Shown: piece by piece, positions 26,780-37,755 of the stretch
Position numbering within the stretch: the stretch's first letter is position 1
Layout: each line of letters begins with the position of its first letter
NCBI GenBank assembly: GCA_028534125.1
Contig: CM052816.1
Span: 54,438,001 to 54,502,000, forward strand
Source: Lama glama
Lineage: Eukaryota
Direction: 5' to 3'
Length of the DNA: 64,000 nt
Made by a program: the position numbers and the translations under genes
Notes under the pieces: generated by a model
Databases searched by the model: none
Told to the model about the DNA's origin: nothing
Seen by the model: the letters and a program-made list of their open reading frames with translations, nothing else

Positions 26780-28130
26780 TTAGTGACAACCTCACCAAAA
26801 CAACCGCGTCACGGCCACTCAACTCCGCCGGAGCCCCCTACCCGCGCGAGCCCCGCCGGACGGGGCGGGCGGCCCCCCACCAGCCAGCGCCGGCGCCCGG
26901 CGTTTACCTTGACGCTGGTGTAGCTGGTCTGGGTCTCGGCCTCCGCGCTGCTGCAGCAGTGGCGCCTCCGGCCCCTGCAGGTGGTCGCGGCGAGGGCTGC
27001 GGAGCCCGCGCTGCTGCTGCTGCCGCTGCCCAGCTCGGCGCGGGCCCTGCGGACGCGGGTGGCGCCGCGGGGCCTGGACGCGCGGCTCGGGGGGATGGCG
27101 TCGGCGGCGTCGGTCTGGACGAAGAGGCCGTGCAGGGGGGCCGCGAGGCCCTGCGACACGCTGGTGGTCTGGCGGGGCGAGTTGGACTCGTCCGAGTCCC
27201 GGCAGTAGATCACGCCGCTCTGCGAGACGTGGATGCTGGGGGCGCAGCCCATCCCTCGGCCGGGCTCCCCAGCGCGCCCGCCCGCGCCCCGGGCCGCCCG
27301 GCCCCAGCGCCGCCGCGGCCACCTGCAGTGAGGGGGCGGGCGCCTCGGCGGCGGCGGCGGGACCCGGACCGCGCGCCCCCCGGCCTGTCTGGCCGCCTCT
27401 CCGTCGGGCTCGCCGCGGCGCCCCCCGCCGAGCCTCCCGGGGCTGCGCGCGTCACCCCAACTTTCCCTTCTGGGCCATCTTCCTTCCCGAGCAGGGGAGC
27501 GCGCACACACAGCGCCCCGCGCGCACCGGCGGCCGCCACCCTCCCCGCCGCGGCGCCCCAAACGCGCTCCCCGTGCCTCCGCCCTCCCCTCCGCCCTCGG
27601 CTCCGCTCGGCCAGCGCCGCCGCCCAGCTCGACCTCGTCGGGCTCCCGCGGCCCCCAAGGCCAGAGCGCCGCCCGCCTGCCCGCCTGCACCTCTTTCCCT
27701 ACTTTCAGTCCGCGCGCGTCCCCCTCCCTCGCTCCCACCCGCCTTCCTCCGCGGCGCCCCCGCCCCGCGGCCGCCGCCTCCCGGGCCCCGATGCGCCCCT
27801 CGGCCCCGCCCGCCGCTCCCCGCGCTCTCCCGGGCTGGACCGAGCGTGTCCGCCGCGGGCGCGGCAGCGGGCACTGCGCCTCGGCGCTCTCCCCTCCTCC
27901 GCTGTCCAGAGGCCTCGTCCCTCTGCACCCGTCCCGGGCCGCCCTCCGCTGCCCTAGTCCCTCTTCCCTTCGTGGCACACACCGCAAGCTGTAGCCTGAG
28001 GTGCACCGCAGTGAGCCTCTGGCCTTTCACGAACACGCTGTAACATCCCTGTGCCAAACACCAGAACGTCCTGTAGGGACCCTCCAGCCCCAGCCCACCC
28101 GTCTGACTTGCTCGCCGCCCACTACAGAGC
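26780..28130. promoter_or_regulatory. PDE8B: CpG island / main PDE8B promoter and 5' UTR
   Basis: Very high GC and CpG density around and upstream of the PDE8B ATG, with GC-box-like CCCGCCCC runs and no obvious TATA box. Confidence 0.92.
26908..27252 (-). CDS. PDE8B: First coding exon of cAMP-specific phosphodiesterase 8B (115 codons; the CDS continues beyond the left edge of the window)
   Basis: The translation [58 protein letters not shown]...[23 protein letters not shown] matches the mammalian PDE8B N-terminus as I recall it. The start is in strong Kozak context (gccgagggATGG, ATG at 27252). The donor AAG|GTAAAC has GT at 26907-26906, phase 0 (345 nt). Confidence 0.96.
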
Positions 28131-29103
28131 ATTAAGGAGAGACTTCGTGCCTCTGTCGTCCCCTCCTCCCCCCAACACGCTTAAGGCTGAGTTGGATGGC
28201 GACCCAGTCTTCAGAAGTCCAGTCAACGTCTACTCATCCTCTGGAGGTCATGCCAAGGGAGGGGAGGCCCTGCAGAGGACGAAGCACTTAAACACACAAA
28301 TTCCCCAAGAGCCAAAGAAAGAACAAAAAGATGCCATCCGCGTGGTTCTTGGCTTTCTCCTCCAGAGTTTTCACCTCTTCCTTGGGTGTCACTAAAATTT
28401 CCCCCTGGCTTCTACTCCATCCAGCCTCCCACTGTCAACTGCTCTTCCTCGTAACTCCAGGCTGGACAGTCAAAACTGCCTCCGCTCACTGCCCCGTGTA
28501 AGGCATGCATAGCTTCACGCAAGGAGAGTACGTATACCTTCAGAAGAAGGCTACTTACCATCCTCCTCATGTGAAATCTGAGTTAGAGCCCGAGGCACCG
28601 CTGCCCATGTGTTCATTGGTTCTTTGAGTGATTCCTGCCTGCTGCTACAGTGTCACAGAGGAGAAATGGGATGGCCCAAGGAAAGACTCATCACAGTTGC
28701 TTATAAGATCAAAGGCACGAATACAGAGTCCTAGTGCAAAGCACAAAGAACTATCCAATTTGAAATAACTTTTTGGTTCTTCCTGTCCTTTCTTGCCGCA
28801 TAATATCAAGTTTGGGAGTAACTGCATGAAGACTCCAAAGGGCAGCTTCTAACCTTCATAGAGAAACAAGGTGTCACCCCAAATCCCAAATTCAGGTACA
28901 CAGAGGAGAGAGAACTAAACTAACCTAATCTAAGTAACCTACTATGTCTTCTGCTTCTCTTCTCAGTTTGTGTACAACTTTCCACCTTTTGGTCTCTTTA
29001 AAAAAAATGATGATGTGATAAAGTTTCTCTCTAGTTAATGCAGAAAACGTGCATGCTATCTGTTCTGACAGACAGGCAAATGGCTCATAGAATTTCCATG
29101 CAC

Positions 29104-29510
29104 GTTGGGCTCCCCAAGAGGCAGATTCTGAGATGGTGTTTAGCAAGCAGAAGGTTTATTAGCACATTCTTAGAATCAACATCTGGAAGGAAAAGAGAGG
29201 GAGGAAAGCAGGGAGAGATGGTGGAGACTGAGAAGGAGAAACTGAGCGAGGATCCAGTCTCCCTCAAAGCCTCAGGGACCCCTGCAGGGAAAATTCTGGA
29301 GCTGGATGATGCTTCAGAATTGTGCTGAATTGGGTCTAGGGGGCCTTTATACCCTCACTTGAGTCAGCAGTTACTTGCAGGCCAGGTGGCCCTCTTCAGC
29401 TGAGGCAGTCCCCTTCTGAGACTGACAGCTGTGCTGAGGACGTTCTGCTGACACCACTCGCTCAGCTGGAGGAGTAAGTCCTTGACCAGCATCATAGCTT
29501 TGACCACAAT
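29104..29510 (-). mobile_element. Ancient ERVL LTR (LTR16-like)
   Basis: gttgggctccccaagaggcagattctgagatggtgtttagcaagcagaaggtttatt...ccctgcagggaaaattctggagctgg...gggcctttataccc. Confidence 0.6.
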
Positions 29511-31549
29511 TCCCTTCCAGGTTGCCGGGTTCATGCTTCCTTCTCCCTATCCATGCTGACAAGAGTATCACATTCAGTGGTTAAGACTGAGCTTTAGGGA
29601 CAGTCATTCATTTGAAATAGGCCTAAGCCTGACGGCTGCCATCTCCTCTCCTTCCAAGGGACCATTCAGAATCCGGAAGAACATCATCAGAGTCAAATTC
29701 CAAAAGGACTAGTCTCCCTCCCATTCCCTGATGCCATGTTAAGTGAGGAGTCAACCATCCCTCAAGCTGCTCTATGCTTCCCTGACAGACTCCATTTCAG
29801 TCATTATCTTCCATGCAGCTACCCATCCAGGGCAGCCTTTCTTGACACTTAGAGCCAGGCTAATTCTCATGCCCCATGTCGACTTTCTCAGTTTTCTCTA
29901 GGAATGTGGTTACTATGATGAAACCTCCCAGAGAAAAGGGCCAGTCACTCACTGAGGCTTTGCAGGTAGGAAGACTATGATAAATGAGAAATTACAACCA
30001 ATCTTCTGGTGGAGAACATTAGGGGCTGAGTCACGAAGGGACAAGTCATGCAGAAGCAAATTTAGGTTGAACTTTCTAAAATAAAAAAAAAAAAGCCTTA
30101 AGAGGGTAAATAACCTCCAGGTGGCTACTGAACAGGACTGAGCGGCTTTAGTAATTTAATTTAATAGTTAATTGACCATTTCATATGGGCAACAGTGTCT
30201 TTCACTGAATGCGACTCTTCCGTAGGAACTGAAGAGGGAATGGGGGGCAATGCACCAGGTATAAATTTTTCCTCCCGAGCTGCCAATAGTTTCAGTACCT
30301 TCCTCAGACACAGCTTCCCCTGCCAATTCTGGCTCAGTGGAAAGAAAAAAAATAATGTATCCTCAAAATCTCCACCAAGTGTTCTCAGTGGGAATGTGTA
30401 ACCTGCCCCCCTCCCCCGCTGCTGGGACAGATCTGGCCCCTGAAACGTGCAGAAGCGTGCAGGTGGAAGAGAAACAGTTGAACTGAAATTGTTCCCTGGC
30501 TTAAGCTCCGAGGCCCGAGTTCTTGCTCATGTAAGTGATTTCTGGACCAATTCCCATGTCACAATTTCAGTGCATCCAGGATAACAGCAAAGTCTACGCG
30601 CTCAGACGATGCAGATAAAACGTAGGCTCCAGTTACAGAATAAGGCCAGAAAAGCCAACATTACCAAAAAAAATTGAATTAAGTGAAAAATATTTAGCTA
30701 CAGCCAATGTCCAAGAAACAAATCAAAAAGCAAACTAAATCAGAAATGTCTTCTAAACCTCAGAAATGTCCAAGGTCAGCTGAACGGCTTGTGTGTTTTA
30801 TACTGATGTCAGGTAAGAGCCTTATTTCAGAATTATGACCCAGAAGCACTGCAAGACCCTGAACAATTAAGGTCCTTTCCCACTCTAAATTGGTATAACT
30901 CGTCCAGAATTCCTCTAAAGAAGAAGAAAATGTGATGAATACATTTTGAGTGATTCTTAACCATAAAGGTTAGAACAACAGCAGCTTTCTGATTAATCTT
31001 TAGACAATCAAACATTTAATCAACCAATCAACCTTACAGAGCCCTGAATTCAAATTATATTCCTAATGGTGGAGCTTATTGGAAATCTAACCACCTGACA
31101 AGTGAAACGATACAGTTTATTAGGTAGCCTGGCACAGTAGAGGGTTCACTGAACTGAGAGTGAGAAGGCGCATCTGAAACTAGTGCTGCCTTTTATAGCT
31201 GTGTACCCTCGGGCAAGTCACTTAACCTCTGGGCCTCAATTTCCTACCTCATCTCCAAAGTCTCTAAATCACCAGCATTCGGGGATGCTGTGAAATTTTT
31301 ACTTTCTTTTATTAAATTATTTCAAATTTAGAATCGTGGCATTTTTGAACTGAAAAAGAAGTCCTCCACTTAACTGCACGTTAGAATCACCCTGAGGAAT
31401 TGGTCAGGAACACAACAGCTCCCTGATCATCCCATCCCAGAGACTTGGATGCAGGGGTCAAGGACAGGTCCAACATCTACCCTTTCAAAGAAGGTGAGTC
31501 CAGTGTAGTCTTTCCACAGCCTCTTTTGGGGACTAGCATAAAAGCCGAA

Positions 31550-32365
31550 ATCCGTATAAGAACCTACAAAATCCTACCTGCTGTGGCCCCTGCCTAACCT
31601 TTCTGAGCCCTCTTCCCTCTCACCCTCATTCTCTCTGCTCCAGTCACACTGACCTCCTTGCTGTTTCTCCAGGAGACTAACAGTGTTAGCCAGGTGCCCT
31701 TCCCTCTGCCCGTTATACTGTTCATCAAAAAGGACATGGCTACACAGATGTAGAAAACAAACTGTGGTAACTAAAGGGGAAATGGTGGGGGAGGAATACA
31801 TTAGGAGTTTGGGATTAACATACACACACTACTATATATAAAATAGACAAACAACAAGGACCTACTATATAGCACAGAGAACTACATTCAGTATCTTCTA
31901 ATTACCTATAATGAAAAAGAATAGATATGTATGTACAACTAAGTCACTATTTATATGCCAGAAACTAACAGAACATTGTAAATCAACTACACTTCAATTA
32001 ATTAACAAATTAATTTTTAAAAGAATGTGGCTAACTTCTTCACTTCCCTTAAGTCTCTGCTCGAACGCTGCCTTCTCGACAACTCTTGTTTAAAATCACA
32101 ACCCATATCCCTCCACTGTCCCCCACCATTCCTGATTCGTCCCCATCTGCTGTTTTTCTTATTCCATTTCTTTTCTTATCACTTTCCAACTTATTATATA
32201 ATTAGCTCATCTATTATCATGTGTTTTGTCTATCTTCCCCCACTAGAATATAGGCACTATTAGGGTAGAGGTTTTTTCGTTTCTTATTCACTGATGGATC
32301 CCAAATCCCTAGAACAGTGCCTGGCATAGAGTAGATGCTGAAATATTTGTTGAATTAATGAATGA
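31550..32365 (+). mobile_element. L2 3' end interrupted by an L1 3' fragment
   Basis: ctctctgctccagtcacactgacctccttgctgtttctcc on the left; tagaacagtgcctggcatagagtagatgctgaaatatttgttgaattaatgaatga on the right. Confidence 0.75.
31743..32018 (+). mobile_element. 5'-truncated L1 3' end
   Basis: ttaggagtttgggattaacatacacacactactatatataaaatagacaaacaacaaggacctactatatagcacag...cattgtaaatcaactacacttcaat. Degenerate TSD aaaaggacatggcta / aaaagaatgtggcta. Confidence 0.85.
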
Positions 32366-34409
32366 TTTTTTTCTCATTTCTTCCTTTTCTTCCTTTGTCT
32401 TCTTTTAACTGTTATAACTCAAATTTAAGGGGTTTTTGGCTTTTTTCTTTACTAAGCAGAGTTTTAGTTTCTATGTTGTCAGTTTTTAAAGTCAGTGAAT
32501 GCCATGACCTGAAAATCTTCCTTTTGATAATATACATCAGAAAAAGCCAAAAGAATGAAATAACAATTTATACAAAGATGTTTGTAGCAGTGCTATTTAT
32601 GATGATGAAAACAGAGATAATCCAAACAGCAAACACGAACGGAATAGCTCAACAAACTACACTAATGGTCAGAATACCACTATTTAAATGTGTAGAGATT
32701 AAATCTACATAGCTTATATAGATTAATTGCAACTATGGGAAATGCATGTCTATCTGTTAAGGTTCATAAGTGAATGTAAAGTGATATAGATAAGAAACTG
32801 GAGCACAACAGATTTCTTTTTATGAAAAAATATTTTAGTCAACGCAAAAACAATGTAGATGAATGAGCATAATGTTTCTTAATTTCCCCTCAAAAGTATT
32901 TTAGCTAAGTATATTCTATTTTATGGACTTCCAATGATTTTTTTGTCTTTCAGACAGAAGGTAAAGGATGGAAAAAAATTAAAGAAGGGAGAGAGTCAAA
33001 TTAATTTCTCTGTTTTTGTTACAAATTTCTCTGTAATGTACAAGGGAAATACAAAACCAGATGCCCAGAGACATAAAGGAACAGAGACTACAAGAAAATG
33101 AGAGACGAAGAAAGACATAAGGAATTGCTTTCATAGTGAAACACTCCTACCAGGTGGCTTTACAGATACAGCTCTTTTAACGGTGTAAAAATAAATTGTA
33201 TGTTTAACTGTAAGTGTATCACATCTTGGACCTTTTGCCACAGATCAAATGAAATTTAGGAGGTGATCTGGCCCATAGAATAGTTTCCACATGCCAGGTG
33301 TAGAATATGCAAAAAGAGATGAGGTAGGAAGGGATTCAGCCCACCTGTGACCACCTTCGGTTAACATCGTCAAACATGGAATCCACTGAGCACTTGGCCC
33401 TGAATCTAGGTAATCAAAAGTGATCTGACCTTCCTACTAACAAGAACACCACAGGGAAGGTCTGGATCAGCTCTGGACAGGAGACTTCAGAATCCTTTTG
33501 CTACCCGTCCTCAGAATTCTCCTGATTTAAATAGTCAGGCTGTGAGAGATGGAATATGCACTTCCAAAAATCTTACAAACACATTTCACAATAGTATCAG
33601 GCATAAAAGGATATACAAATGAAACACAAGGCTCAGTCCTACTCCAAAGGAGCTTCGAGAGCAATCAGGGAGAGAGGACGTACACACAAGACATGTCAGA
33701 GCATTATACATGAGTTGACACTCTAGGCATGAGAGAAAAATGAGTGGTACTGGCAATTCTTTTTCGTAGTTATGACAATTGGGGAAGGCTTGCTGGAAAA
33801 GGGAACATGACAGCTGGACCTAAACCAGAAAGGCTTTCCAATTGAAGGGAACAGCATGAGCAAAGAGACAGAGGCAGAATTCACCTTGGTGGATCCAGAA
33901 GACAGTGAGCAAGGAGATACGTAGACAGTGTCTCCTGAGGTGAGGATGGTAAAACTGGAAGAAAGAAGACAGAAAATGGAAGACCCTGAAACTTCTCCTA
34001 CATGTAGTGGAAGTCACCGTAGTTTCCACCACCCTTAAGGAAACTCCTCATGTGAAAAATCTAGATTTAGAAAACGCATCTACTGTCTTGCAAAATAAAC
34101 TTGTGTTTGCCAAATAATTAAACATTAGCTTTTTTAAAAAAATAATAGTAGACTGCATGGCTTTCTGAATACTCTTCTATAGCATTTTGAGTTTTTTGGG
34201 TATTCTAAGTCAGAGTACAATTATTTATTTACTCTGATTTGACTTAAGATATACAATATATAAAGCAAAACACATTTGTTTCTAAATTAGTGTGACATTT
34301 CCTCAATGCCTCAGGGGTAATAGAAAAGGTTGTTTCCTAAGCAGACCCTCCTTACTTGTACACACACTTTGCTGGGCTCCAAAAGAGTCCATTACAGTAG
34401 ATGATGCTA

Positions 34410-35280
34410 AAGTCATTCATTCATTTGTTCATTCATTCAAATATTTACTGAGGGGCTACCATGTATCAGACACTAACTAGGCACTGGGAAACAAAACAGA
34501 AACAGTCTCTTCTATAGAGTTTAGAATACTATGGGGGGATGAGAAGGGCAAACAAACAATAAAATTCTCTGGTAGTGGTGAAGCTTGTATAGGGATTTAA
34601 AATACGCTGATGTGATAGAGACACGGAGGCTGTGGATGTTTTCTCAGAGGTGATGGCATTTAAGTGAAGATTCTCAAAAAAACCTTATCAAAGGAACGTC
34701 ATTCTTTTCATCCATCCATCCACCCATCCACACAGTGAGAACACTGAGCACCTCACCAGTGCCAGGCACTGTGAGGGACACAAAAAAGGAACATCTCAGT
34801 ACCCACTCTCAGACAGCTCCATCAGGAACACACACACACACACACACACAGGTGGAGAGAGAGAGAGAGAGAGTTAACACTTGCTTTGAGAAAATAATCC
34901 CAGCCCAGAGGGAAAGACTGCTGTGGGTGGAAGTGATGCAGAAGATGTCACTGAGGAGAGGGAGTGTGGTGCTTAGAAGAAAGGGCGGTATTTGAATAAG
35001 TGGAAAAGAGGACATTCCAGGGAGAATATGAGAGCAGAGGCCTGGGGGTGGGAATACACACCGCATGCCTGAAGAACAATGAAGTAGGATATTCAAGAGG
35101 TGTGTGGCATTGGGGACGAGGACAGTGTGATTTTGGCTGACAAAGGAGGCTTGCACCCACCAGGGAACCGAATGACAGACCAAGGAGTTTGGTAAAATTC
35201 TAGTCATTGGGGATCACCGAGGTTTCTCAGTAAGACTGTACCTTAAAAGTGCTGTTTTACTGCCATGAATCTGACTGCAT
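34410..35280 (-). mobile_element. L2 fragments with a (CA)n(GA)n microsatellite at ~34828-34872
   Basis: cattcattcatttgttcattcattcaaatatttactgagg...catgtatcagacact, and a second copy actgagcacctcaccagtgccaggcactgtg. Confidence 0.65.
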
Positions 35281-35293
35281 ACTCAAGAAGGAC

Positions 35294-35472
35294 TGGTATG
35301 GACTGAATTACGTCCCCACACAAATCTGTATGTTGAAGCCCTAATCCCCGTGGTGGCTGTATTTGGAGACAGGTCCTCTAGGGAGGTAGTTAAGGTTAAA
35401 TGAGGTCATGAGGATGAGGCCTTAATCCAGTAGGGCTGGTATCCTTATAAGAAAAGGAAGAGACAGCAGACA

Positions 35473-35510
<38 letters not shown>
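35294..35510 (+). mobile_element. 5' half of an MLT1 LTR ending in a (CT)n microsatellite (35474-35510)
   Basis: tggtatggactgaattacgtcccc...tatgttgaagccctaatcccc...aaggttaaatgaggtcatgagg...ccttataagaaaaggaagagac. Confidence 0.8.
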
Positions 35511-35511
<1 letters not shown>

Positions 35512-35989
35512 AGAAAATAGTCTATTTGCCAAGACTTCCTTGGGCTTCCCTGCACTCTGGTCTACACAGGGATATGAGTCTCGTGCTTCACGTCCAGATT
35601 GCTAAATTCAGTCTTCTGATACTTCTGCTTTGAGAACAGCTTTTGAGCCCTGGGATTTTACCTCTTAACTAGCTAAAGTACCCTCAAGGCTGCAGCTCAG
35701 CCCGAGGGCCCTGTGTTAGCAACTTCTGTACTTGTGATGTCTTAATCTTCTCCCTTTGGCTGCTGGGGCTGTGAAAGGAGGTGTTCTCAAAGGCTTTTGG
35801 CAGAAAGTCTCTTCCTTCTTAGAGTCTGACATTTGCTCAGCAGAGTGGCACCTCCCGTGTTACACCATTAAACATCTCCAAGGCAACAGCAGCTGGGGGC
35901 ATGACTGATTACTTCTTCATACCTCATATGATGTGGCTTATAATAAATTAAGTCAGATATAGGAGCCTTTCCGGGGCTCTCCACACCAG

Positions 35990-36122
35990 CAGCTGTCGAA
36001 CTTTAGCATACATCAGAATTGCCAAAAACCCGGCATGCAGGGTCTGAAAACTCTCATTCGTAACTGATTCCCAAATGATGCTGTCGCTACTGATGCCAGG
36101 TCACACTTTGAAAACCACTGGC
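35990..36122. mobile_element. MER5-type DNA transposon fragment
   Basis: actttagcatacatcagaattgcc...ttcccaaatgatgctgtcgctactg...cacactttgaaaaccactg. Confidence 0.6.
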
Positions 36123-37063
36123 CTATGTAAAGTCAGGAATTACAAAATAGTAACAGCAAACAACAAACAAAACAAAAATAACAACACAACAAAAAACACC
36201 CTTCCCTGTGTTATTTTCTGAAGCATAATACAACTTGTGCACGAACCTGAATGCATAGTTTCATTGCACAAAGCAATGCCGCAAAGCACTATCATCTGGC
36301 AAAGTGTAAGAATTGTCAAGTTGGGGGTTTCAGGGATGCCTCTCCAAGACAGGGACTTCTAAGGACAGGTTTTCAAGATCTTCACCCTTTCTGAGATATG
36401 GGAACATGGCATGGCAGGGCAGTGGAGGCGGCGGAAGAGGGGGGAACTTACAGAAGTAAACCTTATATTTAAATGCACACCAGAACAACTATATAAATGC
36501 CCAGAAGAACACTTGATTTTCTTTTTTCTAATACACAGTGTTCAAGCCTAGGAAGACAAAAGTCCACTAACTTTTAGGAATCATAAATAAAGTTCTAGGA
36601 AGCAGTATCTTAGGGAATGGGAGGAGAGAGAAAGTGTGAACTCCATCCAGTGCAAGTACAACAAAGCAAAAAAAAAATTATTTTCATAACACTGGCTGAA
36701 TAACAATATAATAACAATGGCTACCATTTAGGAAGTGGCCTACTATGTAAGTGCTGGACTTTACATGCTTTGTCTCTGTGTCCAAGTCCTGTATGTAGTA
36801 TATATCTCTATATGCTTCTCTTCTTCTACATTGGGTATGAAATCTTTCAACATCTTTCTGTTCACCATTAACCTGAACTTCCACCTAGCATTGCTAAGAA
36901 ATTACTTGATTTCCCCTAAGCATGGAATCATCAAACTTTTATATGTTATAAAAATCTTACATAGCCTTTTAAAATATATATATACTTAAATATGTATGTA
37001 TATATATGATTTAAGCTATACGTACTGCATTTCTCACCAAGATCTAAAAGATAAGATTCAGGA

Positions 37064-37255
37064 GGTTTTTATGGCTGAATAGCATTCCAGTATATAAATA
37101 TACCACATCTTCTTTATCCAATCATCTGTTGATGGACATTTAGGCTGTTTCCATGTCTTGGCTATTGTAAATAGTGCTGCTATGAACATTGGGGTGCAGG
37201 TGTCATTTTGGAGTAGGGTTCCTTCTGGATATATGCCCAGGAGTGGGATTCCTGG
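37064..37255 (-). mobile_element. Young L1 fragment (antisense ORF2 3' region) running into an assembly gap
   Basis: tttttatggctgaatagcattcc...ccatgtcttggctattgtaaatagtgctgctatgaacattggggtgcaggtgtc...ggatatatgcccaggagtgggattcctgg. Confidence 0.9.
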
Positions 37256-37755
37256 NNNNNNNNNNNNNNNNNNNNNNNNNNNNNNNNNNNNNNNNNNNNN
37301 NNNNNNNNNNNNNNNNNNNNNNNNNNNNNNNNNNNNNNNNNNNNNNNNNNNNNNNNNNNNNNNNNNNNNNNNNNNNNNNNNNNNNNNNNNNNNNNNNNNN
37401 NNNNNNNNNNNNNNNNNNNNNNNNNNNNNNNNNNNNNNNNNNNNNNNNNNNNNNNNNNNNNNNNNNNNNNNNNNNNNNNNNNNNNNNNNNNNNNNNNNNN
37501 NNNNNNNNNNNNNNNNNNNNNNNNNNNNNNNNNNNNNNNNNNNNNNNNNNNNNNNNNNNNNNNNNNNNNNNNNNNNNNNNNNNNNNNNNNNNNNNNNNNN
37601 NNNNNNNNNNNNNNNNNNNNNNNNNNNNNNNNNNNNNNNNNNNNNNNNNNNNNNNNNNNNNNNNNNNNNNNNNNNNNNNNNNNNNNNNNNNNNNNNNNNN
37701 NNNNNNNNNNNNNNNNNNNNNNNNNNNNNNNNNNNNNNNNNNNNNNNNNNNNNNN
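37256..37755. other. Assembly gap (500 N)
   Basis: Run of N. Confidence 1.

Larger units (their letters stand above)
1..26907 (-). other. PDE8B: PDE8B intron 1 (5' portion; extends past the window start)
   Basis: Follows the exon 1 GT donor. The expected next peptide ([20 protein letters not shown]-like) is absent from the ORF track and I did not find it by eye. The sequence is repeat-rich and non-coding. Confidence 0.85.

Noticed and set aside
26536..27957. 473-aa plus-strand ORF antisense to PDE8B exon 1
   Set aside because: Pro/Ala/Arg/Gly-rich low-complexity product typical of stop-poor CpG islands; no recognisable domain.
27253..27987. 245-codon in-frame open stretch upstream of the PDE8B ATG
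   Set aside because: It starts at a non-ATG codon in GC-rich DNA where stops are rare. The ATG at 27252 has strong context and gives the known MGC N-terminus.
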